Shown: positions 21,098 to 32,789 of the stretch, piece by piece
Position numbering within the stretch: the stretch's first letter is position 1
How the letters are laid out: each line of letters begins with the position of its first letter
DNA from: Methanobacterium sp.
Lineage (GTDB): Archaea > Methanobacteriota > Methanobacteria > Methanobacteriales > Methanobacteriaceae
Reading direction: 5' to 3'
Assembly (NCBI GenBank): GCA_015661405.1
Contig: JACWMK010000007.1
Coordinates: forward strand, 198-64,197
DNA length: 64,000 bases
Program-made: the position numbers and the translations under genes
Notes under the pieces: generated by a model
What the model was told of the DNA's origin: nothing
Database searches by the model: none
The model's input: the letters and a program-made list of their open reading frames with translations, nothing else

Positions 21098-21721
21098 ATG
21101 ATCACTAAAAAAATACAGTTGGAGATGGCTATAGAATCCATTCCACCACATCCCACTCCTAAAGTAGATTTAGAACAATACAATACACCAGCAAAAATCG
21201 CTGCTGATGTACTATGGAATGCGTTTACATTGGGTGATATTGAAGGATTAAAAGTGGTTGATTTAGGAACTGGCACAGGTATATTTGCCATTGGCGCTGC
21301 TCTTTTGGGTGCATTAGGAGTGGTGGGTATAGATTTTGATCCTCAGGCGGTGAAAATTGCCCGTGTAGAGGCATCTAAAAGGGGATTAGAAGATTTAACT
21401 AGATTTATTTCAGTTAATGTTAAAAGTTTTGATGAAAAAGCAGATACTGTGATACAGAATCCTCCATTTGGGGTTCAGAGAGCCCATCATAAAGAAGCTG
21501 ACCGGTTATTCATGAGTAAATCGCTCGAAATTGCTCCAGTTGTATATTCATTTCATATGTTCCAGACTGAGGATTTTGTCAAACGATTTTTCCAATCTTT
21601 GGGTGGTTTAATTACTCATAAATTTTATTACAGTTTTCCCATTCCACATATCTATAATTTTCATCAAAAAGAGGAAGTTAGTGTTGATGTAGTAGTTTTA
21701 AGAATTGAAAAGTTAGAATGA
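21098..21721 (+). CDS. SAM-dependent methyltransferase with an NPPFG motif (predicted RNA/N6-adenine-type methylase).
   Basis: VDLGTGTGIF (motif I) and IQNPPFG (motif IV) are present. The ATG at 21098 is in frame with the TTG at 21074. Confidence 0.7.
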   Translation: MITKKIQLEMAIESIPPHPTPKVDLEQYNTPAKIAADVLWNAFTLGDIEGLKVVDLGTGTGIFAIGAALLGALGVVGIDFDPQAVKIARVEASKRGLEDLTRFISVNVKSFDEKADTVIQNPPFGVQRAHHKEADRLFMSKSLEIAPVVYSFHMFQTEDFVKRFFQSLGGLITHKFYYSFPIPHIYNFHQKEEVSVDVVVLRIEKLE

Positions 21722-21879
21722 ATTAATTAGCTTTTTTAAACTTATATACTATTTTTGAATGAAAACTATTCATATTGAATGGAAAATTTACAAATTCTTA
21801 TTTTTTGTAAAAATAGTATTCAGAATAAATATACATAATTAATATACATATAAATGTATAGTATAATAGACTATTAAAG

Positions 21880-22692
<813 letters not shown>

Positions 22693-22761
22693 AATCGAAT
22701 ATTTAAACAGAATAACTCGTATATAATTTGTAAACTTGTGAATTAAGGAGGTAAATTTTAA

Positions 22762-23772
22762 ATGAGTAGACATCACCAACCCAGAAAAGGATCAATAGCA
22801 TTTAGTCCTAGGAAAAGAGCAGCCAAGGAATCACCCAGAATAAGATCTTGGCCAGAAACAGATCAAACCGGACTTCTGGGATTTCCTGGTTACAAAGTGG
22901 GAATGACCCACGTCACCATGATTGATTCGACGAAAAACTCACCTACTGAGGGGATGGAGATTTCGTCACCGGTAACCATACTTGAAACACCACCCGTAGT
23001 GGCAATGGGAATCAGAGCTTACAGGAAAGACACTCGTGGACTTAAAACCATGAGCGACATTCTAGCTGGAGACTTGGATGAAGACCTAAAAAGAAACATA
23101 ACTTTTCCTAAAGAAAATGATGTTGAAACTAAATTAAATGAACTAAAAGAAAAAATAGATGAAATAGAAGATATAAGGGTTATAGTTCATACTAAACCTC
23201 GACTCGTCAGTATTCCTAAAAAGAAACCAGACATCGTGGAATGTGGAATCGGTGGAGTTAACTTAGAAGAAAAACTAGATTACGCTATAAGTGTACTGGG
23301 AAAAGAAATAAATAATAATGATACATTCGCTGACGGAGAACATGTTGATGCTATAGCCATCACTAAGGGTAAAGGATTTCAAGGCCCAGTTAAAAGATTC
23401 GGAGTCAGAATACAATATGGAAAGTCTGCAAGAAGTAGTAAAGAAAGAGTAGTTGGTTCTATAGGTCCATGGACACCATCAAGAACCATGTGGACTGTTG
23501 CAATGGCAGGTCAAATGGGTTATCATAAAAGAACAGAATATAACAAGAAAATACTTAAAATAGGCAACGAATCTGAAACAGAGGATATAAATCCTGCTGG
23601 TGGTTTTGTAAAATATGGTTTAGTCAAGAATAACTATGTGATGGTGAAAGGCTCTATTCCTGGACCTTCTAAACGTTTAGTGATTCTAAGAAAAGCAGTT
23701 AGACAACAGGGTAAACATAATGATCCTGTTCAAATATCTCATATAAGCATAGCTTCTAAACAGGGAGTCTAA
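22762..23772 (+). CDS. rpl3: 50S ribosomal protein L3 (uL3).
   Basis: MSRHHQPRKGSIAFSPRKRA..., a GGAGG Shine-Dalgarno sequence, and first position in the conserved operon. Confidence 0.95.
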   Translation: MSRHHQPRKGSIAFSPRKRAAKESPRIRSWPETDQTGLLGFPGYKVGMTHVTMIDSTKNSPTEGMEISSPVTILETPPVVAMGIRAYRKDTRGLKTMSDILAGDLDEDLKRNITFPKENDVETKLNELKEKIDEIEDIRVIVHTKPRLVSIPKKKPDIVECGIGGVNLEEKLDYAISVLGKEINNNDTFADGEHVDAIAITKGKGFQGPVKRFGVRIQYGKSARSSKERVVGSIGPWTPSRTMWTVAMAGQMGYHKRTEYNKKILKIGNESETEDINPAGGFVKYGLVKNNYVMVKGSIPGPSKRLVILRKAVRQQGKHNDPVQISHISIASKQGV

Positions 23773-23846
23773 AAACTTGTATAATTCTTATTCTAATTTC
23801 AAAAATTGTAACAATAATTATAATGGACTATTTAGAGTGATTTAAA

Positions 23847-24644
23847 ATGGAGAAAATCAAGATTTATTCATTAGAAGGTGAAGTAATAGGTGAAATTGAA
23901 CTTCCTGAAATATTCATGGAAGAATTCAGACCTGACTTAATAAAAAGGGCAGTTATATCTTCACAAACAGCTAAAATTCAGCCATGGGGATCAGATCCAA
24001 TGGCAGGAAAACGTACAACTGCAGAATCATTCGGTGCAGGCCGAGGGGCAGCTATGGTTCCCAGAGTTAAAGGATCAAGACATCCAGCAGGATCTAAGGG
24101 AGCTTTTGTACCTCAGGCAGCTGGAGGTAGAAGAGCCCACCCACCAAGGGTAGATAGGATTATTCATGAAAAGATTAATAAAAAGGAAAGGAGATTAGCC
24201 ATAAGATCAGCAGTAGCCGCCACAGCTAAACCTGAAATAGTTGAACAAAGAGGCCATTGCATAGAAAATTTACCTCAAATACCTTTTATAGTCGATGATG
24301 AACTTTCTAAAGTCAAAAAAACTAGTGAAACTAGGGAAATTTTCAAAAAACTTGGAATAATGGATGATGTAGTTCGAGCTAAATCTGGCCGTACTATAAG
24401 GGCTGGAAGAGGTAAAACTAGGGGACGGAAATATAAATCACCTAAAGGTCCATTATTAGTAGTTGGAGAAGATAAAGGGATTAGTAAAGGTGCTAGGAAC
24501 CATCCCGGTGTGGATATTGTAGTAGTCAATAATTTAAATGCTGAACTACTTGCTCCAGGTACTCATCCTGGTAGACTCACCATTTATACTAAATCAGCCA
24601 TAGAGAAATTAGGAGAGCTATTTAAAAGTGAAGTGGGTGTATGA
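23847..24644 (+). CDS. rpl4: 50S ribosomal protein L4 (uL4).
   Basis: Supported by operon position and sequence ([12 protein letters not shown]...). Confidence 0.93.
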   Translation: MEKIKIYSLEGEVIGEIELPEIFMEEFRPDLIKRAVISSQTAKIQPWGSDPMAGKRTTAESFGAGRGAAMVPRVKGSRHPAGSKGAFVPQAAGGRRAHPPRVDRIIHEKINKKERRLAIRSAVAATAKPEIVEQRGHCIENLPQIPFIVDDELSKVKKTSETREIFKKLGIMDDVVRAKSGRTIRAGRGKTRGRKYKSPKGPLLVVGEDKGISKGARNHPGVDIVVVNNLNAELLAPGTHPGRLTIYTKSAIEKLGELFKSEVGV

Positions 24645-24907
24645 AGATGGATCCGTACTCAATAATTATGAAACCTCATTTAACAGAAAAAAGTATGAAT
24701 GCTATTGACAAAAATAATGAACTAACCTTTGTGGTTAGAAGAAATTCCCGTAAACCCCAAATAAAAAGTGCATTTGAGGATCTTTACGCGGTTAAGGTGG
24801 AAAGTGTTAATACTCAGATTAATACACGCGGAGAAAAATTGGCTTATATTAAACTTGAAGCAGAGCATAGTGCAGAAGATATAGCTGTAAAGATGGGTAT
24901 ATTCTAA
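24641..24907 (+). CDS. rpl23: 50S ribosomal protein L23 (uL23).
   Basis: ATGA overlap with rpl4. The sequence includes [10 protein letters not shown]. Confidence 0.92.
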   Translation: MKMDPYSIIMKPHLTEKSMNAIDKNNELTFVVRRNSRKPQIKSAFEDLYAVKVESVNTQINTRGEKLAYIKLEAEHSAEDIAVKMGIF

Positions 24908-25103
24908 ATGGGTTATTATAAAACTTAATTTAATTGATTAAGTTGATTAAAAATTTCAATCAGGATTTATATTAATAATATATAACAAATTATTAAAAAT
25001 AAATTTAAGGTCAAAAAATTGGTAAAGTTTTAGTCAAGTTTTCATAGGGATAAACAGTTATGATAATCCAATCATAAAATTTGCCCATAGGAGGAATATT
25101 GAA

Positions 25104-25829
25104 ATGGGAAAACGGTTAATAATTCAAAGGAGAGGAAGAGGAACTCCGACTTATAGGAGTGCATCACACAGATTTAAAGGTAAAATTGCCTATAGATCCT
25201 ATGATGATATAGAAAAAGAGGGCAGTATCAAGGGAAAAGTCATTGATATACTACATGATCCCGGAAGAAGCGCCCCATTAGCTATGGTAAAGTTTGAAAA
25301 TAATGAAAAAAGACTTATTTTAGCACCTGAAAGTATAAAAATTAATGATGATATTGCTTGCGGAATTTCAGCACCCATAAGTCCTGGAAATTCATTACCA
25401 TTGGCTGAAATTCCTGAAGGAACTCCTCTTTATAACTTAGAGAAATTTCCAGGAGACGGTGGTAAATTCGTCCGAGCTTCTGGAACTTACGCTTCTTTAA
25501 TCACACATGATGTAGGTAAAGCTATTGTAGAATTACCATCAGGTGAATTAAAGGCATTCAACCCCCGCTGCAGAGCTACTGTAGGTGTAGTAGCAGGTGG
25601 AGGAAGAAAAGAAAAACCATTCCTTAAAGCAGGGAACAGACACTACGCCACGAAAGCTAAAGGTATAAAAAGCGTTGGTGTGAGAGGAGTGGCTATGAAT
25701 GCAGTGGATCACCCGCACGGTGGTGGAAACAGGCAGCATCCTGGAAAACCAACCACAGTATCCAGACATGCACCACCAGGTCGAAAAGTAGGTTCTATTG
25801 CAGCTAAAAGGACAGGTAGAAGGAGATAA
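25104..25829 (+). CDS. rpl2: 50S ribosomal protein L2 (uL2).
   Basis: MGKRLIIQRRGRGTPTYRS and the NAVDHPHGGG motif are present. Confidence 0.95.
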   Translation: MGKRLIIQRRGRGTPTYRSASHRFKGKIAYRSYDDIEKEGSIKGKVIDILHDPGRSAPLAMVKFENNEKRLILAPESIKINDDIACGISAPISPGNSLPLAEIPEGTPLYNLEKFPGDGGKFVRASGTYASLITHDVGKAIVELPSGELKAFNPRCRATVGVVAGGGRKEKPFLKAGNRHYATKAKGIKSVGVRGVAMNAVDHPHGGGNRQHPGKPTTVSRHAPPGRKVGSIAAKRTGRRR

Positions 25830-25966
25830 ATCAAAAATACAGATAAATTTCCTAAAACTCTTTAAAATAAATCTTAAAATCTAATAAAAAGAGAATAAAG
25901 AGTTTAAAATAGAATTAGAATAGAAATTAATATTAAAAAAAAAGATTGTAACAAGGAGGAGACTAA

Positions 25967-26377
25967 TTGGCTAGAAAAGAATTTAATTATCGCGGTTATA
26001 CGCTAAAAGAATTACAACAAATGCCTCTGGATAATGTAATCCAGCTATTCCCATCCAGACAGAAAAGATCCCTAAAAAGAGGGTTTCTTCCCAGGCAGAA
26101 GAACGTTTTAGAAAAAATAAGAAAGCTCAAAAAAATGGGAAATCAAGGTGGAAAACCTCAAATAATCAAGACTCATTGTCGGGATATGATAGTACTCCCA
26201 GAAATGGTGGGAATGACTTTTGGAATCTACAACGGCAAAGAATTTATTGAAGTCAACATCCAACCTGAGATGATTGGTAGTTACTTCGGTGAATTTTCAG
26301 TAACCAGACAAAGAGTTCAGCACGGAGATCCAGGTATGGGTGCAACTAGGTCGTCCATGTTCGTGCCTCTAAAATAA
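25967..26377 (+). CDS. rps19: 30S ribosomal protein S19 (uS19).
   Basis: TTG start with a GGAGGAG Shine-Dalgarno sequence. The sequence includes GIYNGKEF...[10 protein letters not shown]. Confidence 0.92.
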   Translation: MARKEFNYRGYTLKELQQMPLDNVIQLFPSRQKRSLKRGFLPRQKNVLEKIRKLKKMGNQGGKPQIIKTHCRDMIVLPEMVGMTFGIYNGKEFIEVNIQPEMIGSYFGEFSVTRQRVQHGDPGMGATRSSMFVPLK

Positions 26378-26390
26378 GGAGAAATTTAAC

Positions 26391-26855
26391 ATGGCTAAAA
26401 TCAAATATGCTTACAATGAAGAGGAAGAAGAAAAAACAGCAAAGTCAATTGGAAGATCCCTTAAAATATCTCCCAAACACGCTATCGAAATATGTAATGC
26501 TATTAGGGGAATGGAACTTGCTGAGGCTAAAGATTATCTGGACGATGTAATTGAGATGAGAACACCAGTACCGTTTAAAAGACATAATAAAAAAGTAGGG
26601 CACCGGAGAGGTCTCGAAGGATGGCCTACTGGTAGATATCCAGTTAAAGCAGCTGCGCATATATTAGATGTATTAATAAATGCTCAAGCCAATGCTGAAT
26701 ACCAAGGATTGGACACTGAAAACTTGAAAATTCAACACATATCCAGCCATAGGGGAATTATAATACGAGGATGGACTCCTCGTGCTTTTGGAAGAGCAAG
26801 TCCATTCAACACACCAACCACACATATACAAGTAGTACTAGAGGAGATTCAATGA
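26391..26855 (+). CDS. rpl22: 50S ribosomal protein L22 (uL22).
   Basis: Supported by operon position and sequence ([17 protein letters not shown]). Confidence 0.92.
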   Translation: MAKIKYAYNEEEEEKTAKSIGRSLKISPKHAIEICNAIRGMELAEAKDYLDDVIEMRTPVPFKRHNKKVGHRRGLEGWPTGRYPVKAAAHILDVLINAQANAEYQGLDTENLKIQHISSHRGIIIRGWTPRAFGRASPFNTPTTHIQVVLEEIQ

Positions 26856-27913
26856 TTGAAAAGGATTTTGTAACAGAAGGACTTAAAAGAACGAGAATCG
26901 ACGAATTTCTGCAGAAAGAACTCGAAAGAGCAGGGTATGGTGGAATGGAGATTCAAGTCACCCCACTGGGAACTATGGTTGTAGTTTATGCAGAACGTCC
27001 AGGTATGGTTATTGGAAGAGGAGGAAAAACCGTCCGTAACATAACCCAGAATCTTAAATTAAACTATGAATTAGAAAACCCCCAAGTTGAGGTTAAAGAA
27101 GTTGAAGTACCTGAATTGAATCCTAAAATAATGGCTCATAAAATTGCAGCCATGCTACAAAGAGGTATGCACTTCAGACGAGTAGCTTACACTGCACTTA
27201 GGAGAATAATGGGTGCTGGAGCACAGGGTGTGGAAGTTACCATCTCTGGTAAAATTAGAGGTTCCAGATCAGCAGTTGCCAAGTTTTCTGATGGATATAT
27301 CAAAAAATGTGGAGAACCGGCCACCAGATTTGTGAGGGTAGGATTTGCCACAGTTCAACTTAAACCCGGTGTTCTAGGAATTTATGTTAGAATTATGCCA
27401 CCAGATATTGTTTTACCTGACAAAGTAGATATTTTAAAAGTTGAAATTGAAGAATCATCTGTTGATACTCTGGTAGAAAACATTGAGGAAGAATCTACTA
27501 ACTCTACTGTTGTGGAAGTCGAAGTAGAAGAGTCTTCTAAACCTACAGAAATACTGGATGAAATCACTGAAGAATCTGAGGATGAGTCTGAAGAAGTGAA
27601 GGATGAATCTGTGGAATCTGAGGATGAGTCTGAAGAAGTGGAAGATGAATCTGTGGAATCTGAGGATGAGTCTGAAGAAGTGAAGGATGAATCTGTGGAA
27701 TCTGAGGATGAGTCTGAAGAAGTGGAAGATGAATCTGTGGAATCTGAGGATGAGTCTGAAGAAGTGGAAGATGAATCTGTGGAATCTGAGGATGAGTCTG
27801 AAGAAGTGGAAGATGAATCTGAGGATGTATCCGAAAAAGTAGAAAATGAATCTGATTCGGATGACAAGACTAATGAATCAAAACTTGAACCAGAAGAAGA
27901 ATCTTCAAATTAA
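26852..27913 (+). CDS. rps3: 30S ribosomal protein S3 (uS3) with a long acidic tandem-repeat C-terminal extension.
   Basis: The ATG at 26852 ([19 protein letters not shown]...) overlaps the rpl22 stop. The KH domain core is followed by a roughly 140-aa E/D/S-rich tail. Confidence 0.9.
   Translation: MIEKDFVTEGLKRTRIDEFLQKELERAGYGGMEIQVTPLGTMVVVYAERPGMVIGRGGKTVRNITQNLKLNYELENPQVEVKEVEVPELNPKIMAHKIAAMLQRGMHFRRVAYTALRRIMGAGAQGVEVTISGKIRGSRSAVAKFSDGYIKKCGEPATRFVRVGFATVQLKPGVLGIYVRIMPPDIVLPDKVDILKVEIEESSVDTLVENIEEESTNSTVVEVEVEESSKPTEILDEITEESEDESEEVKDESVESEDESEEVEDESVESEDESEEVKDESVESEDESEEVEDESVESEDESEEVEDESVESEDESEEVEDESEDVSEKVENESDSDDKTNESKLEPEEESSN
27572..27823 (+). repeat. Tandem repeat, 6 x 42 bp, in frame inside rps3 (unit ESEDESEEV[K/E]DESV).
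   Basis: The unit gaatctgaggatgagtctgaagaagtgRaRgatgaatctgtg starts at 27572, 27614, 27656, 27698, 27740 and 27782. The copies are near-perfect. Confidence 0.9.
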
Positions 27914-27980
27914 ATATGGATAAAAGAGGTAAATTCATTAAATTGAGATTCACAATTATAAAAAAAGGATGTATAAAAAA

Positions 27981-28187
27981 ATGGTAATACTAAGAAGTAG
28001 AGAAATTAGGGCAATGGAGATAGTGGAAATCCAGAAGAAACTGGATGAGCTCAAGGCAGAATATGCTAAAAATATTTCAAAAAATGCTGCTGCTGGAGTA
28101 TATGATAATCCCGGTAAAATTAAAGAACTCAAAAGAACTATTGCTCGCGTTCTTACCATAATAAATGAAAAAACGAAGGAGAACTAA
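27981..28187 (+). CDS. rpl29: 50S ribosomal protein L29 (uL29).
   Basis: [28 protein letters not shown] matches the usual L29 N-terminus. An in-frame ATG at 27969 is an alternative start. Confidence 0.9.
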   Translation: MVILRSREIRAMEIVEIQKKLDELKAEYAKNISKNAAAGVYDNPGKIKELKRTIARVLTIINEKTKEN

Positions 28188-28192
28188 AATCG

Positions 28193-28531
28193 ATGACAGT
28201 CTGTGAGATATGTGGCCTTCCTAAAGAACTCTGCGTATGTGAAGAGATAGCTAGGGAAATTCAAAAAGTTAAAGTCTACACAGTCAGAAGAAGATTCGGG
28301 AAACTCATGACCATAGTAGAGGGGATTGATGAGCACGATATCGATATAAAAGAACTGACAAAGGAACTAAAAAATAAATGTGCTTGTGGGGGAACTGCTA
28401 AGAATGGCCAAATTGAACTTCAAGGGGATCATAAAAGAAAGGTCAAGGAAGTTCTAGCAAATATGGGCTTTTCATCAGATACAATTGAAATCAAAGATAG
28501 AGATGAAAGAAGAAGTAGAAAGAGACGTTAA
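28193..28531 (+). CDS. Translation initiation factor aIF1 (SUI1 family).
   Basis: [15 protein letters not shown] Zn-knuckle-like N-terminus, followed by a SUI1 core (KLMTIVEGI...ELQGDHK). Confidence 0.88.
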   Translation: MTVCEICGLPKELCVCEEIAREIQKVKVYTVRRRFGKLMTIVEGIDEHDIDIKELTKELKNKCACGGTAKNGQIELQGDHKRKVKEVLANMGFSSDTIEIKDRDERRSRKRR

Positions 28532-28593
28532 TAAAAAATAATCCTTTTTGAACCTCATTTATATTAATCCTAATCATTTATAATGAAAAAATC

Positions 28594-28875
28594 ATGATTA
28601 CACCACAGAACATATTCCGGCACGAGTTTATAGGACTGCAAGTTAAAGTTGCCGATAGCTCACATATAGGATTTAAAGGAATAAAAGGAAAAATTGTTGA
28701 CGAAACCAAAAATACCATTAAAATAGAGGATGATGAAGGGAATGAAAAAATCATCCCAAAAAAAGTGGTAACACTACATTTAAATTTATCCGATGGTAGT
28801 AAAATCGAAATAGATGGTAAAATAATCGTTGCCCGTCCTGAAGATAGGATTAAAAAAAGATTTAGAAAACATTAA
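28594..28875 (+). CDS. rnp1: RNase P protein component 1 (Rpp29/Pop4).
   Basis: A 93-aa ORF reading ELIGLQVKVADSSH...GKIVDETKNT, in the conserved position between SUI1 and rps17. Confidence 0.85.
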   Translation: MITPQNIFRHEFIGLQVKVADSSHIGFKGIKGKIVDETKNTIKIEDDEGNEKIIPKKVVTLHLNLSDGSKIEIDGKIIVARPEDRIKKRFRKH

Positions 28876-28963
28876 TTACAACAATAGCTTTTGTCGATTT
28901 TAAAAAAAAATAATGAATTATAATTGATTAAAACTAATTTGAATAGTAAATATGGTGATATTA

Positions 28964-29287
28964 ATGATTGGCATTGACGTTACAGAACCAAAAACAAAAT
29001 GTGATGATCCAAACTGTCCTTTTCATGGAAGTTTACCTGTAAGAGGGCAAATATTAGAAGGAATAGTAACCAGTGACAAGGCTGAAAGGACTATCACTGT
29101 AGAAAGAAGTTTCTATAAATTCATCAGTAAATACGAAAGATATGAAAAAAGAAAATCAAAAATAAATGCACATAAACCCGACTGTATAGAATTGAATATC
29201 GGTGATGCAGTGAAAATTGCAGAATGCAGATCTCTAAGTAAAACTAAACATTTCGTAGTAATAGAGGTCAAGGGAGATAAAAAATGA
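28964..29287 (+). CDS. rps17: 30S ribosomal protein S17 (uS17).
   Basis: The ATG at 28964 is preceded by a GGTGA Shine-Dalgarno sequence. The sequence includes [17 protein letters not shown]. Confidence 0.92.
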   Translation: MIGIDVTEPKTKCDDPNCPFHGSLPVRGQILEGIVTSDKAERTITVERSFYKFISKYERYEKRKSKINAHKPDCIELNIGDAVKIAECRSLSKTKHFVVIEVKGDKK

Positions 29288-29682
29288 AGGCACTTACATC
29301 TAACGTTGCAAAATCACTCCCTATAGGTGCTAGATTACAGTGTGTGGATAATACTGGTGCCCGAGAAGTAGAAATAATATCAGTTAAAGGATACAAGGGT
29401 GTTAGAAGAAGATTGGCCAGTGCTGGTGTAGGTGACATGATTGTGATCTCAGTTAAAAAGGGTAATGTTGAAATGAGGAGAGAAGTCACAACTGCAGTTG
29501 TAGTTAGACAGAAAAAGGAATTTAAAAGAGCAGATGGTCTTAGAGTAAAATTTGAAGATAATGCTGCAGTAATAATAAGTCCTGAAGGAGCTATTAAAGG
29601 TTCTGAAATAAGAGGACCAGTGGCTAAAGAAGCCGCTGACCGATGGCCTGCCATAGGGAGTGCTGCAAGCATAATAGTTTAG
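29284..29682 (+). CDS. rpl14: 50S ribosomal protein L14 (uL14).
   Basis: ATGA overlap with rps17. The sequence includes [17 protein letters not shown]. Confidence 0.95.
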   Translation: MKALTSNVAKSLPIGARLQCVDNTGAREVEIISVKGYKGVRRRLASAGVGDMIVISVKKGNVEMRREVTTAVVVRQKKEFKRADGLRVKFEDNAAVIISPEGAIKGSEIRGPVAKEAADRWPAIGSAASIIV

Positions 29683-29747
29683 AATGATCAGATTAGATCA
29701 TTCAAAAAGAATAATTTAATTATAATTACTAATTAAGGTGATTAAAT

Positions 29748-30101
29748 ATGTCAAAACAGCCAAGAAAGCAGAGAAAATTCCTCTATAATGCACCTTTACA
29801 TGTGCGTCATAGATTAATGAGTGCTACTCTCTCTGAAGAGCTTAGAGAAAGATATGGAATAAGATCTCTTCCCGTGAAATCCGGAGATACCGTCGAGATT
29901 ATGCGAGGAGATTTCAGGGAACATGAAGGAAAAGTGGAGAAAGTAGATCTAAAAAACTATCGACTTATGATTGAAGGTGTTTCAGTGCAGAAACCGGATG
30001 GAAATAAAGTTTATCACACAGTTCACCCTTCAAATATAATGATAGTTGAATTAGATCTAGATGATGAAGAAAGAAACGAATTAATAGAGAGGAAGGGATA
30101 A
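29748..30101 (+). CDS. rpl24: 50S ribosomal protein L24 (uL24).
   Basis: [10 protein letters not shown]..., a KOW motif, and operon position. Confidence 0.93.
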   Translation: MSKQPRKQRKFLYNAPLHVRHRLMSATLSEELRERYGIRSLPVKSGDTVEIMRGDFREHEGKVEKVDLKNYRLMIEGVSVQKPDGNKVYHTVHPSNIMIVELDLDDEERNELIERKG

Positions 30102-30103
30102 AA

Positions 30104-30829
30104 ATGGCCATAATGGGTTCAAGAAAACATCTTAAACGATATAAAGCTCCTGAAAACTGGCCAATTCACCCTAAAGAGTATAATTGGACAGTTAAAACAA
30201 ATCCGGGACCTCACTCTTTAGATGAATCAATACCTCTTTTAATTATAGTTAGGGATGTATTAAAAGTAGCAGATACAGCAAGAGAAGCTAAAATAATAAT
30301 AAATAAGGGATATATTTTAATTGATGGACGAGTGATAAAAGATTACAAATTCCCAGTAGGATTCATGGATGTAATCGAAATACCCAAATCTTCAAAAGTA
30401 TACCGAGTGCTTCCAGATGAGAAAGGACGATTAACACTCCATCCCATATCCTCCGAAAACAAAGAATTCAAACTATGCCGTATTGAAAATAAAACTACAA
30501 CCAAAGGCGGTAAAACACAGTTAAACCTCCATGATGGTCGAAACCATCTATCTGAGGATGAACTTAAACCAGCTGATGTTATAATGCTCAAGATTCCTGA
30601 ACAAGAAATTCAGGATCACATAAAATTTGAAAACGGTACAGTAGGTCTTATAACTGGCGGTAAACATATAGGGGAAATTGGTAGCATTAAAGAAATAACC
30701 ATCACTAAATCATCCATGCCAAATACCGTAGTAATAGAAGGTGAAGGAAAAACATTTCAAACCCTAAAAGACTATGTTTTTGTTTTAGGCAAAGATAAAC
30801 CTATTATTTCACTTCCAGGAGGTTCTTAA
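30104..30829 (+). CDS. rps4e: 30S ribosomal protein S4e (eS4).
   Basis: [17 protein letters not shown] is present. Confidence 0.93.
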   Translation: MAIMGSRKHLKRYKAPENWPIHPKEYNWTVKTNPGPHSLDESIPLLIIVRDVLKVADTAREAKIIINKGYILIDGRVIKDYKFPVGFMDVIEIPKSSKVYRVLPDEKGRLTLHPISSENKEFKLCRIENKTTTKGGKTQLNLHDGRNHLSEDELKPADVIMLKIPEQEIQDHIKFENGTVGLITGGKHIGEIGSIKEITITKSSMPNTVVIEGEGKTFQTLKDYVFVLGKDKPIISLPGGS

Positions 30830-31336
30830 ATGAATCTAATGGAAGAAGTGAAGATAGCAAAAGCTACCATAAATATTGGTGTAGGTGAAGGCGGAGAAAA
30901 ACTTGCCAAAGCCGAAAAACTTTTGACGAACATCACCAATCAGAAACCCGTTCGTACTTATTCTAAAGTTACTAATCCTGAATTTGGAATTAGAAGAGGT
31001 CAACCTATAGCTTGCAAAGTTACTTTAAGGCATGAAAAAGCATATAATGCTGTTAAATTGATTTTGGATGGTGTAGGTAATAGACTTAAATCTAGTCAAT
31101 TTGACAGTCAAGGTAATGTTTCTTTCGGAATAGAGGAACATATAGAAATCCCTGGAATGCGATACGATCCAGACATAGGAATATTTGGGATGAATGTTTC
31201 AGTGACCTTTGAAAAACCAGGTTATAGAATAAAAAGAAGGAAAATTCAACGTAAAAAAGTTCCCACAAAACATCAGGTCGCCACTGAGGAGACCATACAG
31301 TTTATGCAGGACAAATTTCAAATTGAGATAGAATAG
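30830..31336 (+). CDS. rpl5: 50S ribosomal protein L5 (uL5).
   Basis: [12 protein letters not shown] motif and operon position. Confidence 0.93.
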   Translation: MNLMEEVKIAKATINIGVGEGGEKLAKAEKLLTNITNQKPVRTYSKVTNPEFGIRRGQPIACKVTLRHEKAYNAVKLILDGVGNRLKSSQFDSQGNVSFGIEEHIEIPGMRYDPDIGIFGMNVSVTFEKPGYRIKRRKIQRKKVPTKHQVATEETIQFMQDKFQIEIE

Positions 31337-31344
31337 GTGATAAT

Positions 31345-31488
31345 TTGCCAAGAAAATATGGAAAAGCATCAAGAGAATGTAGAAGATGTGGGGATCATTC
31401 AGCCCTAGTAAGAAGATACGGGCTTATGTTATGCAGACAATGCTTCAGAGAACTCGCATCAAAAATTGGATTTAAAAAATATAATTAG
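31345..31488 (+). CDS. rps14: 30S ribosomal protein S14 type Z (uS14), 47 aa.
   Basis: My translation from the TTG at 31345 gives (M)[46 protein letters not shown]. It has a CxxC...CxxC zinc motif. It is below the ORF-track size cut-off. Confidence 0.9.
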   Translation: MPRKYGKASRECRRCGDHSALVRRYGLMLCRQCFRELASKIGFKKYN

Positions 31489-31500
31489 AGGTGCTAATTT

Positions 31501-31893
31501 ATGACTCTTATGGATCCTCTGTCAAATGCTCTTACAAACATGCGTAACAACGAAATGCAGGGAAACAAGAGATGCACTATCTCTCCAGCATCAAAAATGA
31601 TTGGTCATGTTCTAAGAACCATGCAAAAAGAAGGATATATTGGTGAATTCGAGTTCGTGGATGATGGTAAGGCAGGACAATTCATAGTTGAATTAGAAGG
31701 TAATATAAACAAATGTGGTGTTATAAAGCCTAGACACGCCATTAAAAATGATGAATTTGAAAAATTTGAAAAAAGATATCTACCAGCCAAAAACTTTGGT
31801 GTGATAATCATGACAACTCCTCAGGGAATCATGACTCACAAAGAAGCAAAAGATAAAGGCATTGGTGGTAGGCTTCTGGTATATATTTATTAA
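31501..31893 (+). CDS. rps8: 30S ribosomal protein S8 (uS8).
   Basis: [15 protein letters not shown] and operon position. Confidence 0.94.
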   Translation: MTLMDPLSNALTNMRNNEMQGNKRCTISPASKMIGHVLRTMQKEGYIGEFEFVDDGKAGQFIVELEGNINKCGVIKPRHAIKNDEFEKFEKRYLPAKNFGVIIMTTPQGIMTHKEAKDKGIGGRLLVYIY

Positions 31894-31904
31894 GGTGATA
31901 AAAA

Positions 31905-32441
31905 ATGGCTCAAGCAGTAGTGATTCTTAGGGAAGAAATCCCTATACCCGGGGGTATAGAAGTAAACATCACTGATGAGGTGACTGTTACTGGATCGAAG
32001 GGTGAGCTTAAAAGGAATTTTAAGCAAAGAGCAATTAAAATTTTGAAAGACGATGGAAATATAATTTTAGAAGCTCAATTCCCTAAAAAAAGAGATAAAG
32101 CCATGCTGGGAACTATAAAATCCCACATAACTAATATGATTATAGGTTTAACTGATGGATTTACTTACAAAATGAAGATTGTTTACGCTCACTTTCCAAT
32201 GACTGTAAAAGTCACTGAAGGTAAAGTTATCATCGAAAATTTCCTTGGTGAAAGACATCCACGGACAGCTAAAATTTTAGGAAATACAAAAGTCCAGATT
32301 AAGGGTGATGAAGTTATGGTAAATGGTGTTAACAAAGAAGATGTGGGACAAACAATGGCTAACATTGAACAGGCCACTAAAATAAAAGGTAGGGATCCTA
32401 GGGTATTCCAGGATGGAATATACCTTGTAGAAAAACTTTAA
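31905..32441 (+). CDS. rpl6: 50S ribosomal protein L6 (uL6).
   Basis: Supported by operon position and sequence. Confidence 0.93.
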   Translation: MAQAVVILREEIPIPGGIEVNITDEVTVTGSKGELKRNFKQRAIKILKDDGNIILEAQFPKKRDKAMLGTIKSHITNMIIGLTDGFTYKMKIVYAHFPMTVKVTEGKVIIENFLGERHPRTAKILGNTKVQIKGDEVMVNGVNKEDVGQTMANIEQATKIKGRDPRVFQDGIYLVEKL

Positions 32442-32453
32442 GGTGATCCAAAA

Positions 32454-32789
32454 ATGAAAAAACCACATTTTAAACGACAGGAATGGCACAGATACAAAAA
32501 ACTTGGGGATAAATGGAGAAAAGCCCGGGGAAAAACCAGTAAAAGAAGAAGATATGAGGCGCGGAAACCAGCGATGCCTACTATTGGTTACGGATCTCCC
32601 AAAAAAACTAGAGGACTACATCCTTCAGGATATCAGGATATTCTGATTTCTAACATGAGGGAACTAGAAAGCTTAAATTCAGAAACCCAGGCAGGAAGAA
32701 TCAGTTCCAAAATAGGTAAAAGGAAAAAAATAATAATGCTTGAGAAAGCACAGGAACTAAAAATTAAAATTCTGAATAAAGGACTATAA
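32454..32789 (+). CDS. rpl32e: 50S ribosomal protein L32e (eL32).
   Basis: FKRQEWHRYKKLGDKWRKARG is present. Confidence 0.9.
   Translation: MKKPHFKRQEWHRYKKLGDKWRKARGKTSKRRRYEARKPAMPTIGYGSPKKTRGLHPSGYQDILISNMRELESLNSETQAGRISSKIGKRKKIIMLEKAQELKIKILNKGL

Noticed and set aside
26771-26851. An N-terminal extension of rps3 (track ORF from 26771). The idsA ORF from 52949 is a similar case.
   Set aside because: The extensions overlap the preceding conserved genes (rpl22 and RNase J) and add non-homologous residues. The internal ATGs at 26852 and 52988 give canonical N-termini.
27572-27823. A regular 42-bp repeat that could be mistaken for a CRISPR array.
   Set aside because: The repeats are contiguous with no spacers. 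They lie in frame inside rps3, and no cas genes or leader sequence are present.
27382-27867. A 161-aa Ser/Asp-rich ORF on the minus strand.
   Set aside because: It is the antisense reading of the acidic GAA/GAT/GAG tandem repeat in the rps3 tail. It has no independent start context, and its composition is simply the mirror of the sense strand.
29268-29672. A 134-aa minus-strand ORF. Many similar antisense ORFs appear in the track, for example 5851-6294, 12036-12326, 12561-12986, 20171-20620, 24275-24529, 36228-36860, 59971-60312 and 62247-62588.
   Set aside because: Each lies fully inside a well-supported, conserved gene on the opposite strand. None has a ribosome-binding site or a recognisable motif.
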